The position numbers and the translations under genes are program-made. The notes beneath the pieces are model-generated. The model saw nothing but the letters and a program-made list of their open reading frames with translations, did no database searches and was not told where the DNA came from. From Terriglobia bacterium (GTDB lineage: Bacteria > Acidobacteriota > Terriglobia > UBA7540), in contig DATEKC010000148.1 in the NCBI GenBank assembly GCA_035277665.1, forward strand, positions 3,164 to 67,163: DNA of 64,000 bases, given 5' to 3'. Numbering within the stretch: position 1 is the stretch's first letter; every line of letters starts with the position of its first letter. This document shows, one piece after another, positions 55,115-63,884 of the stretch.

Positions 55115-57445
55115 CTAGCTGATGGTGAGTGGCACGTTTACCGTGTTGGTGATTTTTCCGGTGGAGTCCCTTCCGGTGATGGTCAGCGTGTAGGCCCCCG
55201 TTCTGGCATTACGGTTGACCTTGACTGTCAATCTGGAATTTATCGAACCGCTCCCGGTGAATGTTACCGAAGTAGGGCTCAAGCTCACGCTGGTGCGCGA
55301 AGGCACTCCGCTAACGCTCAGCGAGATCGTACCAGCAAAGTTTGAGGACGTAACCGTAATGGTGCTTGTTCCTGTGGAGTTGCGGGGAACGTTCAATGAG
55401 CTCGGGCTGGCGCTGAGGGTAATGCTCCCCGTAGGCGCTGGAGCATTGACCACCAAAGTGACGCTGGTGGAGAAATTCAGGCTGCCGCTCGATCCTGTCA
55501 CCGTGATGTTATAGGTTCCCGCCGCCGTGTTCGACGCGGTGGCCAGCACCAGGTTGAATGAGGTAGTTTGACTCACGCTCACCGAAGTCGGGCTGGAAAG
55601 AGTAACGCCTGCCGGCTGGCCGGAAATGGCGATGTTAACCGTCCCGCTAAACCCGTTGTTCGGCGTGATGGTGAGGTGATTGAAAGTGGCAGGATTTCCC
55701 GCCGTTACCGTCTGCGCCGAGGAACTGTTCGTCAAAGTGAAACTCGGCCCCGCCGGGCTTCCGCATCCCGGAAAAACGAAGGAAGCGATCTGCGTCGACC
55801 AATTGAAACTCCCGTTGTAGGGCAAATACTCATTGGTATACCAGAAGGTGCAATCGTCAGCCGGGTCGACAGACATGGAACTGTAATCGCCCCATCGGGA
55901 AAGGCCGCTGGTCTGCGAAAACGCTCCCTGCAGGATGGGCGCCTCGGATTCCAGCGTGCCGACGGGATCACTCGCCAGCCTGCCCGTGTAATAAATCGAG
56001 GGCGCCACGGATGAACTGGACTCGCTGTACCCCACCGCGATATCGCCGTTTTTGTCCATGGCGATGCTGGGCATCCAGCGATAATTAGAATCCGGCGCAA
56101 AGGTCCCCTGCTGATAGACGGAGGGGGAAGAACCGGGGCTGCGAATTTCATACCAGCGGATGCCGGAAGTTCCGTTCCCCGGGTCCACCGAGTGCGAGAT
56201 CACCAGCGACTCGTAGCTGCCAAAATTCCGGTAAGCCAGGCGGTACATCAGGCGGTCGGCCAGGGAATCAAGCGTGTTGTTCGTATTCGGCTGGGGAATG
56301 CAGGTCCCGCCGCCACAGGCCTCGTTAAACGCACTGACGGCAATCAGGGTCGGGCCGGTAAACGTGGAATTGGAAGGGTTGGCCCAATCGACGTGATATT
56401 GGAACAAGGCCAGCTTGGTGTTATCCGGAGCATAGATGCCGACATAATAGGCGGGTGAACCGGCGGGCGGACCTTGTGTGGTGCCGGTAACGCCCGGAAC
56501 ATTCCCATCCAGGTCGGAAGAGAGCCAGCTATCAATTTCTGTATTTGAGGGAGGGATGGTGGCGCACTGCATGGTTGCGGCCTGGCCCGCCAGCATGCTT
56601 GCCCGGTCCATGACGCAAGCCTGCGGGCCTGCCCACTGGCTTCCATTCGTAAAGCTGTTATAGGAAATGTAATAGCCGTCAGACCAGACGGAGAGCTTTG
56701 GGTAATCCGGGAAATTGTGGCTGTTATTGGGAACATTAAACTGATATCGGTTCCAGGTAATCCCGCTGCCGGTCCAGTTGGAGGTGGTGGAAACCGCGAC
56801 GCAAAGCGAGTAGGGAGAAGAGAAAACCGGCTGCATCACCACCCATCGGCCGGCTTGTTTATCGTACTCAGCGATGGGATCCCCGCTGTTCGTGGTCTGG
56901 CAGGAGCCGCCGAACCCGCTCCAGATGCTGTTGCCGGCCGCCGGGCCAAACACCAGTTTTCCGCTCGATTTATCGTAGACGGCAAATCTGACGTTGACCC
57001 ACTGCATGTATTGCGTTGCGCCTGCCGCGCCGTTCGTGTCGGGCGGCGCGTAGCCATTGGCGCCAACTCCGCTAAAGTTCGCTCCGGCGGTTGCCGCCAC
57101 CGTAGGACCGGTGGAGATTTGAAGGGCAGGGTCCTGCAAACTTGTAACAATGCCCGGCGCATGTGTGCGGCGCAGAACAATTTCCTTGTTGGCGGCAGCC
57201 TGCCCCCCGGGATAAGGAAGCACATCGTCCGGCCCTAAAGCGTGCTGATCATGCTTCGATTCATGAATGACAACAGTGCTGGATTTTCCTTGGGCGCTCA
57301 CTGGCGCTGCGCCTGGTTCCCAAAGTGCTCCCGCAACCAGGACGGCCAAACCCAACATCATGAAACCTGCAGTTTTCTTGCTCAAAGCTGAATCCTCCAT
57401 CAATGACATCTGCCCCATTGCTTTCTTCCGGACTTGAGAAGACAC
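55115..57445 (-). CDS. Large secreted protein: beta-propeller-like N-terminal region plus C-terminal Ser/Thr-rich Ig-like repeats
   Basis: Signal/anchor FMMLGLAVLVAGALW. Motifs PPDTNGAAGATQYMQWVN, GDPIAEYDKQAGRWV and RWGDYSSMSVDP. The last ~230 aa are tandem beta-sandwich-like segments (TVTAGNPATF..., YNITVTGSSG..., YTLTITGRDS...). Confidence 0.7.
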   Translation of the reverse strand: MSSQVRKKAMGQMSLMEDSALSKKTAGFMMLGLAVLVAGALWEPGAAPVSAQGKSSTVVIHESKHDQHALGPDDVLPYPGGQAAANKEIVLRRTHAPGIVTSLQDPALQISTGPTVAATAGANFSGVGANGYAPPDTNGAAGATQYMQWVNVRFAVYDKSSGKLVFGPAAGNSIWSGFGGSCQTTNSGDPIAEYDKQAGRWVVMQPVFSSPYSLCVAVSTTSNWTGSGITWNRYQFNVPNNSHNFPDYPKLSVWSDGYYISYNSFTNGSQWAGPQACVMDRASMLAGQAATMQCATIPPSNTEIDSWLSSDLDGNVPGVTGTTQGPPAGSPAYYVGIYAPDNTKLALFQYHVDWANPSNSTFTGPTLIAVSAFNEACGGGTCIPQPNTNNTLDSLADRLMYRLAYRNFGSYESLVISHSVDPGNGTSGIRWYEIRSPGSSPSVYQQGTFAPDSNYRWMPSIAMDKNGDIAVGYSESSSSVAPSIYYTGRLASDPVGTLESEAPILQGAFSQTSGLSRWGDYSSMSVDPADDCTFWYTNEYLPYNGSFNWSTQIASFVFPGCGSPAGPSFTLTNSSSAQTVTAGNPATFNHLTITPNNGFSGTVNIAISGQPAGVTLSSPTSVSVSQTTSFNLVLATASNTAAGTYNITVTGSSGSLNFSTSVTLVVNAPAPTGSITLSASPSSLNVPRNSTGTSTITVTSSNFAGTISLSVSGVPSRTSVSLSPTSVTFTGSGSINSRLTVKVNRNARTGAYTLTITGRDSTGKITNTVNVPLTIS

Positions 57446-57708
57446 ACCTTCCCCTCCAGAAGAGCACTTAGTTCGTTTTCGTCATGGAAACCACCTTTCA
57501 GTGGCTCAAGCAGGTTTGGTCCGAACGGGCACCCCAAGGGAACCCTGCTGGAAGGGGATTCTAAATTGTTTGGTACCAAAATGGCAAGTGGCATTTTAGT
57601 TAATAGCAACGGCACAAATTTTGGCCGAAACGCCCTTTCGCCCCACCCTGCCCGGAAGCGAACACTTCTTCTCATGAGGCAGACTATGCATGCGACATTA
57701 ACTCTTTG

Positions 57709-57733
57709 CCAATCAGGTAATCACCCTGATTGG
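57709..57733. promoter_or_regulatory. Perfect 9-bp inverted repeat CCAATCAGG-N7-CCTGATTGG
   Basis: Read directly. It lies in the 560-bp divergent intergenic region between the 776-aa secreted-protein gene and the flp-like gene. Confidence 0.3.
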
Positions 57734-57784
57734 TTGCAGGCAATTCGTGGAGTCAAATTGCTGGTTTCTCCGAATTGTGACTTG

Positions 57785-57798
57785 AAGCGCATGCGCTT
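57785..57798. promoter_or_regulatory. Perfect 14-bp palindrome AAGCGCATGCGCTT
   Basis: Read directly, in the same divergent intergenic region. Confidence 0.3.
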
Positions 57799-58005
57799 AT
57801 CCTTAGGGTGTCTCAAGCGGAAGTAAGGCATTCCCAGCCTGGGACGGATGTGGGCATCAGGTGGATTGGGAAATATGACGATGAGAATGGTGGGGTCTAA
57901 GGAACGTACGGTCCAGGAAAGCTCGCTCATCCTTGATGGCCACTCAGAATTTTCCCGACTCCTGCAAAGCAAACGTTGAGCGAACCTCGTTGAAGGAGGA
58001 GCAGG

Positions 58006-58281
58006 ATGACAAAGTACCTCAAAAAGTTATGGTCAGGACAGGAAGGCCAGACCCTCCCGGAATTTGCATTGCTCTTGCTTCTGGTTTGCCTGACTGTGGT
58101 TTCGTCCATGATTGGCGTAGCCATTAAAGTGGACGGCATGTATGGCAACGCTTCCACGCGCGTGGTTGTCGCCAGCAACCCGACCCTGACGGGCAGCGGG
58201 GCGAACGGCTATGCTGGCGTGCCTGCCACCGAAACACTGATTAAGTTGAAGGACACAACAAAACAGAAGCCGGCCAAATAG
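58006..58281 (+). CDS. Flp/Fap-family type IVb pilin-like protein
   Basis: GGAGGAG RBS. MTKYLKKLWSGQEG-QTLPEFALLLLLVCLTVV fits the Flp prepilin motif G/xxxxE[YF] followed by a hydrophobic helix. Confidence 0.65.
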   Translation: MTKYLKKLWSGQEGQTLPEFALLLLLVCLTVVSSMIGVAIKVDGMYGNASTRVVVASNPTLTGSGANGYAGVPATETLIKLKDTTKQKPAK

Positions 58282-58449
58282 CACGGTCACCCGCAGGTGG
58301 GACGGTCTCCCCCACCCGCCACCTGTCCCCTGAAAACACCCGGCGCTCCGTTTCGAGCCATCCCTCCGTTTTTAGAGAGACTTACGTCCGGCAGTTAGCG
58401 GGGCAGGAACGGATTTCAGCATCCTGCAGCGCCTGCCCTGCTAGAATTT

Positions 58450-59781
58450 TCAAGGCCTCGCGCCCCCGCCCTTCAGCAAGGGAGGTAGCCGGTCCAAAGC
58501 TTCCTCAATGACATCGTAAATAAAATGGAGCTCCGCGGGGGTCGTGACGTAAGGCGGCAGGATATAGAGAATGCTGCCGAGCGGGCGCAGCAGCACGCCC
58601 TTTTTCAGAAAGAAATCATAGAGAAAAGGCCGCACCTTTGACAGGTATCCCGCGTCTTGGGCCTCGATTTCGATGGCCGCGACCGTCCCGATAGAACGGA
58701 CATCCCCGGCGGCGGGATGCTTCTTCAGCGCCGGAAGCCGCTCCGCATGGGTCCTTTCGATCGAGGCGATGCGCTCAAACACCGGCTCGGATTCAAAAAT
58801 CTTCAGGCTGGCGATTCCGGCCGCGCAAGCCAGCGGGCTGCCGGTGTAGGAATGGCCGTGGAAAAAAGTTCGAATGCGGTCTTGGGAGCGAAAAACTTCA
58901 CGAACAGCGCCGGTGCAGACGGTGGCGCCGAGCGGCAGAAAACCGCCCGTGATGCCTTTTGAGAGGCACATGATGTCCGGAACGACCTCGGCGCGCTCGC
59001 AGGCAAACATCCGGCCGGTGCGCCCGAATCCTGTTAGCACCTCATCAGCAATCAGCAGCACGTTGTACCGCGTCGCAAGCCCGCGGATTCGCTGGAGAAA
59101 CTCCACCGGGTGGACAATCATGCCGCCGGCGGCTTGCAGCAGCGGTTCCACAATCACTGCCGCGATTTCCTGATGTTTCTCTTCCAGCAGCTTTTCCAGC
59201 GGGACAATACAATCGATGTCGCAGGTTTCGCGCTTTTTCCCCACCGGGCAGCGGAAGCAATACGCCGACGGAACGCGATAGACCGGGAACCGCAGGCTGT
59301 CAAACGCCGTGACGAAGGAAGAATCCTCTCCAACGGACATCGCGCCCGCCGTGTCGCCGTGATAGGCATGTTCCAGGGCCACAAACTTCCGCTTTTCGCG
59401 GTTGCCCTGGTTCCACCAGAACTGCACTGCCATTTTCAGCGCCACTTCCACGGCAGTCGATCCGTCATCGGAAAAAAAGATGTGTTCGAGATCGGCGGGA
59501 AGGGCTTTCCTCAGCCGGGCAGCCAATTCTTCCGCAGGCCCGTGGGTAAACCCGGCAAAGATCACCTGCTCCAGCTTGCGCGCCTGCCCGGCAATAGCCT
59601 CGGCAATCAACGGATGCGCGTGGCCGTGAAGGTTCACCCACCAGGATGAAATCGCGTCCAGGATCCGGCGGCCATCCGAGGTGTAAAGCCAGGCGCCTTC
59701 GGCGCGTTCAATGAAGATGGGCGCAGGTTCCAGCGCGTCCTGGGTAAAGGGATGCCAGATGGAAAGAGGTTTTGCAGGCAT
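58450..59781 (-). CDS. bioA: Adenosylmethionine-8-amino-7-oxononanoate aminotransferase
   Basis: Class-III aminotransferase, with WHPFTQ, SWWVNLHGH, ADEVLTGFGRTG and the PLP-lysine context CLSKGITGG. Its start abuts the bioD stop. Confidence 0.93.
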   Translation of the reverse strand: MPAKPLSIWHPFTQDALEPAPIFIERAEGAWLYTSDGRRILDAISSWWVNLHGHAHPLIAEAIAGQARKLEQVIFAGFTHGPAEELAARLRKALPADLEHIFFSDDGSTAVEVALKMAVQFWWNQGNREKRKFVALEHAYHGDTAGAMSVGEDSSFVTAFDSLRFPVYRVPSAYCFRCPVGKKRETCDIDCIVPLEKLLEEKHQEIAAVIVEPLLQAAGGMIVHPVEFLQRIRGLATRYNVLLIADEVLTGFGRTGRMFACERAEVVPDIMCLSKGITGGFLPLGATVCTGAVREVFRSQDRIRTFFHGHSYTGSPLACAAGIASLKIFESEPVFERIASIERTHAERLPALKKHPAAGDVRSIGTVAAIEIEAQDAGYLSKVRPFLYDFFLKKGVLLRPLGSILYILPPYVTTPAELHFIYDVIEEALDRLPPLLKGGGARP

Positions 59782-60414
59782 TCAGTCGAAATCGCCCCTG
59801 TTGAATTCGCGGTCGAAAACTTCCAGGAGCGCCGCGCGGTTGATCACTTCCAGCAGCGGCACGCGGCCGATGACGGGCGCGTGGCCGTACTGCTCGATGG
59901 CGCGCTCATTGTCCGCGTTGGGCGTCCCCACCACCACGACTCCCTTCACCTCGAGCCCGGCGCCCTGCAGCGCCCGCAGGGTCAGCACCGAGTGGTTGAT
60001 GGTCCCCAGCGCGCTGCGCGCCACCAAAACCACGGGCAGCGCCAGCCGGCGCATCAGGTCCAGCACAAACTCTGTTCCGTTCACCGGCACCATCACGCCG
60101 CCGGCGCCCTCAACAATCAGCGGCCCCGGCAACTTGCCCGCCGGGCGGCGAATCGTTCCAAGATCGATCGTCGCTCCGGCCCGCTCGGCAGCCAGATGCG
60201 GCGAAACCGGCGGATCGAATACGTAACTTTCCGGGAGCGTCCGCTCCGCGCCGAGCTCCGCCAGTTCCATCACCGTGCGCCGGTCGCTGTCTTCCGTGGC
60301 GCCCGTCTGGATGGGCTTCCAGTAAACGCCCTCCAGCGCCGCGCAGAGCAGCGCCGAAACCAGGGTTTTGCCGACGCCCGTGTCCGTGCCGGTCACAAAA
60401 AGATCGCTAGCCAT
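59782..60414 (-). CDS. bioD: Dethiobiotin synthase
   Basis: P-loop FVTGTDTGVGKT, YWKPIQTG and EGAGG motifs. Confidence 0.9.
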   Translation of the reverse strand: MASDLFVTGTDTGVGKTLVSALLCAALEGVYWKPIQTGATEDSDRRTVMELAELGAERTLPESYVFDPPVSPHLAAERAGATIDLGTIRRPAGKLPGPLIVEGAGGVMVPVNGTEFVLDLMRRLALPVVLVARSALGTINHSVLTLRALQGAGLEVKGVVVVGTPNADNERAIEQYGHAPVIGRVPLLEVINRAALLEVFDREFNRGDFD

Positions 60415-60666
60415 AACGTCTCACCGATTAAACGCGCCCGTGCCCCCGCAGCCTTCATCTTTCTTTGATTTGCACCCGCTTTGGGCGTATAAAGGAAGCA
60501 GCTTGCCGATTCAAAAGCGTAGCAGAAATCCCGGAGGAAAGGCCAGCGCAGAGTCGGGTGGAGGTTGTCGCCCACATCTCAGTGTTCTGTATCAGACGAA
60601 AAGCCGCACCGATTTGTGGGTCTGAACGTTGGTCCGTCCGCACGGCACGAAAGTGGGGGAAGCACA

Positions 60667-61911
60667 ATGAGCACAGCAGGCATCTGGAACCGGCGCATTT
60701 TTCTCTCCAGCGTTGGAGCGATGGCGGCGGCCGCCTGGCCCGGCAGCGCATTGGCGCGCGGCAGGAAGGCTGCGGCCTCCGCATCCGGCGACATTTACAA
60801 AGAACTTGGCGTGAAGACCATCATCAACGCCTGGGGCACCATTACGCTGATCGGCGGCTCTCTGATTCCGCCCGAGGCCGTGGCCGCCATGAGCGCCGCC
60901 GCCGAGCATTATGTGAGCATTCCGGACCTGCTCGAAGCCACCGGCGATCGCATTGCCAAAATGCTGAAAGACCTGCCTGCCGACCACTCCGCCACCATCA
61001 CTTCCGGCGCCGCGGGCGCCATCATGTCCGGTGTTGCCGGAACACTGACGGGAGAGAACAAGGAATTGATCCGCCAGTTGCCTGACCTGACCGGGATGAA
61101 GAGCGAAGTCCTCATGCTGAAGAGTCAGCACCGGCACTACGGATACAATCCGCAGATTCTGGCCAGCGGGGTGAAGATCGTCGAGGTGGAATCGCCCGAC
61201 GACGTCAGCCGGGCGGTGAGCGAGAAAACGGCTCTCATGTTCTTTGCGAATTATATGGACGACAACAGCGAGATCAAAGTGGCGGACTGGGCCAAACTCG
61301 GCAAGCAGCACAATGTTCCAACCTTTAACGACTGTGCGGCGGACACGCCTCCCGTCTCGCACCTGACGGACTATAACAACATGGGTTACGACCTGGTCGC
61401 CTTCAGCGGCGGCAAGGGGCTGCGCGGCCCGCAGTGCTCCGGGCTGCTGTTGGGCCGCAAGGACCTGGTCCGCGCCGCGCGCTTTAATGGCGCCCCCTTC
61501 GCTCCCACCATCGGGCGCGGCATGAAGGTGGGCAAGGAAGAAATTGTGGGGATGTGGAAGGCGCTGGAAGTCTATCTCAGCAGCGACCACGAGAAGCTGA
61601 CCCAGGAATGGTGGGACCGGCTGCACTACATTTCGAAAGAGCTCCGCAGTTTTTCGGGGGTCTACACGGCGGATCTGGTCCCGCCGATTGCCAATCACGT
61701 TCCCACCATGCGCGTCGAGTGGGACGCGCAAAAGGTGGGGCTCACCTCGGCCCAGGCGCGCGCCTTCCTCGAGAGCGATGATCCCGCCGTGATGGTAGGC
61801 GGCGGGCCAGGCGACAATGCAATCACCATGACGTCTTTCATGCTGAAGCCGGGCGAGGAACGCCTCATCGCCTCGCGCCTGAAAGCAATGTTCAAAGCCC
61901 ACAAAGCCTGA
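60667..61911 (+). CDS. Tat-signal PLP-dependent enzyme, SelA/DgaE-like
   Basis: Leader GIWNRRIFLSSVGAMAAAAWPGSALA. FSGGKGLRGPQCSGLLLGRKDLV matches the PLP-lysine region of SelA-related proteins. Confidence 0.7.
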   Translation: MSTAGIWNRRIFLSSVGAMAAAAWPGSALARGRKAAASASGDIYKELGVKTIINAWGTITLIGGSLIPPEAVAAMSAAAEHYVSIPDLLEATGDRIAKMLKDLPADHSATITSGAAGAIMSGVAGTLTGENKELIRQLPDLTGMKSEVLMLKSQHRHYGYNPQILASGVKIVEVESPDDVSRAVSEKTALMFFANYMDDNSEIKVADWAKLGKQHNVPTFNDCAADTPPVSHLTDYNNMGYDLVAFSGGKGLRGPQCSGLLLGRKDLVRAARFNGAPFAPTIGRGMKVGKEEIVGMWKALEVYLSSDHEKLTQEWWDRLHYISKELRSFSGVYTADLVPPIANHVPTMRVEWDAQKVGLTSAQARAFLESDDPAVMVGGGPGDNAITMTSFMLKPGEERLIASRLKAMFKAHKA

Positions 61912-62022
61912 GTGTACCGCAGCCCGCCGGTTTTGCGGTCTGCGGCTCTTGTCTTAACCCGTGAGGGAAGGACCGCACTACGCCCTTTGCAATCCGACAA
62001 CAAGAAGTGGAAGAGGACATCT

Positions 62023-63312
62023 ATGCACAGGCGGAAGTTTCTCCGCAACACGGCAGCAGGGCTTGGCGGCATCGTGGCTGCGGGGAAACCCGCTCGCGTC
62101 GCGGCCGAGACCTCCGCATCTGCGGATGAAACGGCATCGGCGCCCGGCAAATCCGGCCTGACGTTTTCGACCGGCTTCGAAGGTGGCAGCCTGGGCAAAA
62201 TTATCAGGGTCACGGACACCTACACGCGCTGCATCTTGCTGGGCGAAGTGGACCAGTTTGGCCGCAACCGGCAGATCAGTTGGTATTACTTCCGGATTGA
62301 CAACGCGCCCGATTCAGAGCTGACCATCGATTTCACCGACATTGTTGGAGAGTATAACTTCCGGCCTGGGGCCCAGGCCATCACTCCCGACACTCCTCCC
62401 GTCTATAGCTACGACAACCATCACTGGACCCACGTTTCCAAGAAAAACTGGACCGCCCTTGCCAGCAGCATGAGGCTTCGCATCAGGCCCACCGAACGCC
62501 GGTTGTGGATTGCCCACGTCCCGCCCTACACCAACCGGAATCTTGCGCGGCTGCTGGAGTCGATCAAACGCTCGCCTGAACTGCGCTACGAGGTGATCGG
62601 CAAGTCCGTCCAGGGCCGCGATATTCCGCTGCTGACCATCACCGATCCCGGCCGCGGCAAGCAGCAGAAAAAAGTGGTGTGGCTGATGTTCCGCCAGCAC
62701 TCCTGGGAGGGAGGATCGTCGTGGGTGAGCGAAGGAGCCATTCGATTTCTGCTTTCGTCAGACCCCGCCGCGGCCCGGATCCGCAGGGAAACCGTCTTCA
62801 AGATTCTTCCCATGCAGGACCCCGACGGCGTCTTCCGCGGCGGCGTGCGCTACAACGCCTACGGCTATGACCTCAACCGTAACTGGGACACCGACGATCC
62901 GGTGAAAATGCCGGAGATTACGGCGGCGTGCAACTCGATTGCAGACTGGACGAACCAGGGCAAGCGGACCGACTTTTTCCTCTCACTCCATAATGATGAG
63001 GAGAACGAATATCTCAGCCCGCCGCTCTCGCCAAAGTTCAGCACGCTGGGGCAAAAAATTTACGATGAGCTCACGCGGACAACATCCTTTGACCCGAGCC
63101 GCGCCTATGAGGCGAGTCCGCCCCAGGCCACGCCGCCTGCCCCCGGCCGTATGCAGGTCAACGAGGGCCTCTATAGCAAGCTCCACATTCCCGCTTTTTT
63201 GATGGAGCAAAGGGTCGCTTACAGCCGCAAGCTCGGCCGCTGGCCCACGGTGGACGATCGGCTGGAATTCGGCAAAGGCCTCGTCAAGGCCATCCGGGCC
63301 GCCCTGGCGTAG
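62023..63312 (+). CDS. Tat-signal M14-family zinc carboxypeptidase
   Basis: Leader MHRRKFLRNTAAGLGGIVAAG. Zn-binding HxxE (QHSWEGG), then PMQDPDG and YGYDLNRNW motifs. Confidence 0.85.
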   Translation: MHRRKFLRNTAAGLGGIVAAGKPARVAAETSASADETASAPGKSGLTFSTGFEGGSLGKIIRVTDTYTRCILLGEVDQFGRNRQISWYYFRIDNAPDSELTIDFTDIVGEYNFRPGAQAITPDTPPVYSYDNHHWTHVSKKNWTALASSMRLRIRPTERRLWIAHVPPYTNRNLARLLESIKRSPELRYEVIGKSVQGRDIPLLTITDPGRGKQQKKVVWLMFRQHSWEGGSSWVSEGAIRFLLSSDPAAARIRRETVFKILPMQDPDGVFRGGVRYNAYGYDLNRNWDTDDPVKMPEITAACNSIADWTNQGKRTDFFLSLHNDEENEYLSPPLSPKFSTLGQKIYDELTRTTSFDPSRAYEASPPQATPPAPGRMQVNEGLYSKLHIPAFLMEQRVAYSRKLGRWPTVDDRLEFGKGLVKAIRAALA

Positions 63313-63390
63313 CCGCGCCACAGATCAACTCGCGCGGCCGGGTAGCGCACAGTTTTGCGCGAAGCACAACACTCTGCGGCTCTTGGTTTT

Positions 63391-63462
63391 GTAGCGCCGG
63401 GCTTCAGCCCGGCATGTCATCCAGGCAGTACCCAAACGTGCCGGGCTGAAGCCCGGTCCTAC
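63391..63462. repeat. REP-like pair of inverted GC-rich hairpins
   Basis: GTAGCGCCGGGCTTCAGCCCGGC (63391-63413) and its near reverse complement GCCGGGCTGAAGCCCGGTCCTAC (63440-63462) match at about 20 of 23 positions. Each half is itself a 7-bp hairpin. Confidence 0.55.
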
Positions 63463-63538
63463 GGGGGGGCGCTGCGAATTGCATTGACATCGGCCTCGCG
63501 CTTTGCCATACTCCTGTGCATAAACCACAGGAGCGGTC

Positions 63539-63880
63539 ATGGCGGAAAAATCGGACATCCTTCAAGGCACACTCGACCTCATGGTGCTGACGACCCTTGC
63601 GGCCATGGGGCCTCTGCACGGATACGGCATCGCGCGCCGTATTGAGCAAATCAGCGAGAACGTGCTGCAGATCAACCAGGGAACCATCTACGCCTCGCTG
63701 GTTCGCCTGCTGCAAAACGGCTGGATCACCGCTGCATGGGGCACTTCCGAGAACAACCGTAAGGCCAGGTTCTACTCCATCACCAAGGCCGGCCGAAAAC
63801 GGCTTCGGCATGAAGAAGAGAATTGGTCGCGCGTCTCGGGCGTGATTGGACGGTTGCTGCAACTCGCGGACCGGAGATAA
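63539..63880 (+). CDS. PadR-family transcriptional regulator
   Basis: LDLMVLTTLAAMGPLHGYGIARRIE...NQGTIYASLVRLLQNGWI...FYSITKAGRKRL is the canonical PadR winged HTH. Confidence 0.92.
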   Translation: MAEKSDILQGTLDLMVLTTLAAMGPLHGYGIARRIEQISENVLQINQGTIYASLVRLLQNGWITAAWGTSENNRKARFYSITKAGRKRLRHEEENWSRVSGVIGRLLQLADRR

Positions 63881-63884
63881 CCGC

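Noticed and set aside
60592-61902. 436-aa ORF on the - strand
   Set aside because: It is antisense to the SelA-like gene, which has a Tat leader and a PLP-lysine motif. No recognisable motifs were found.
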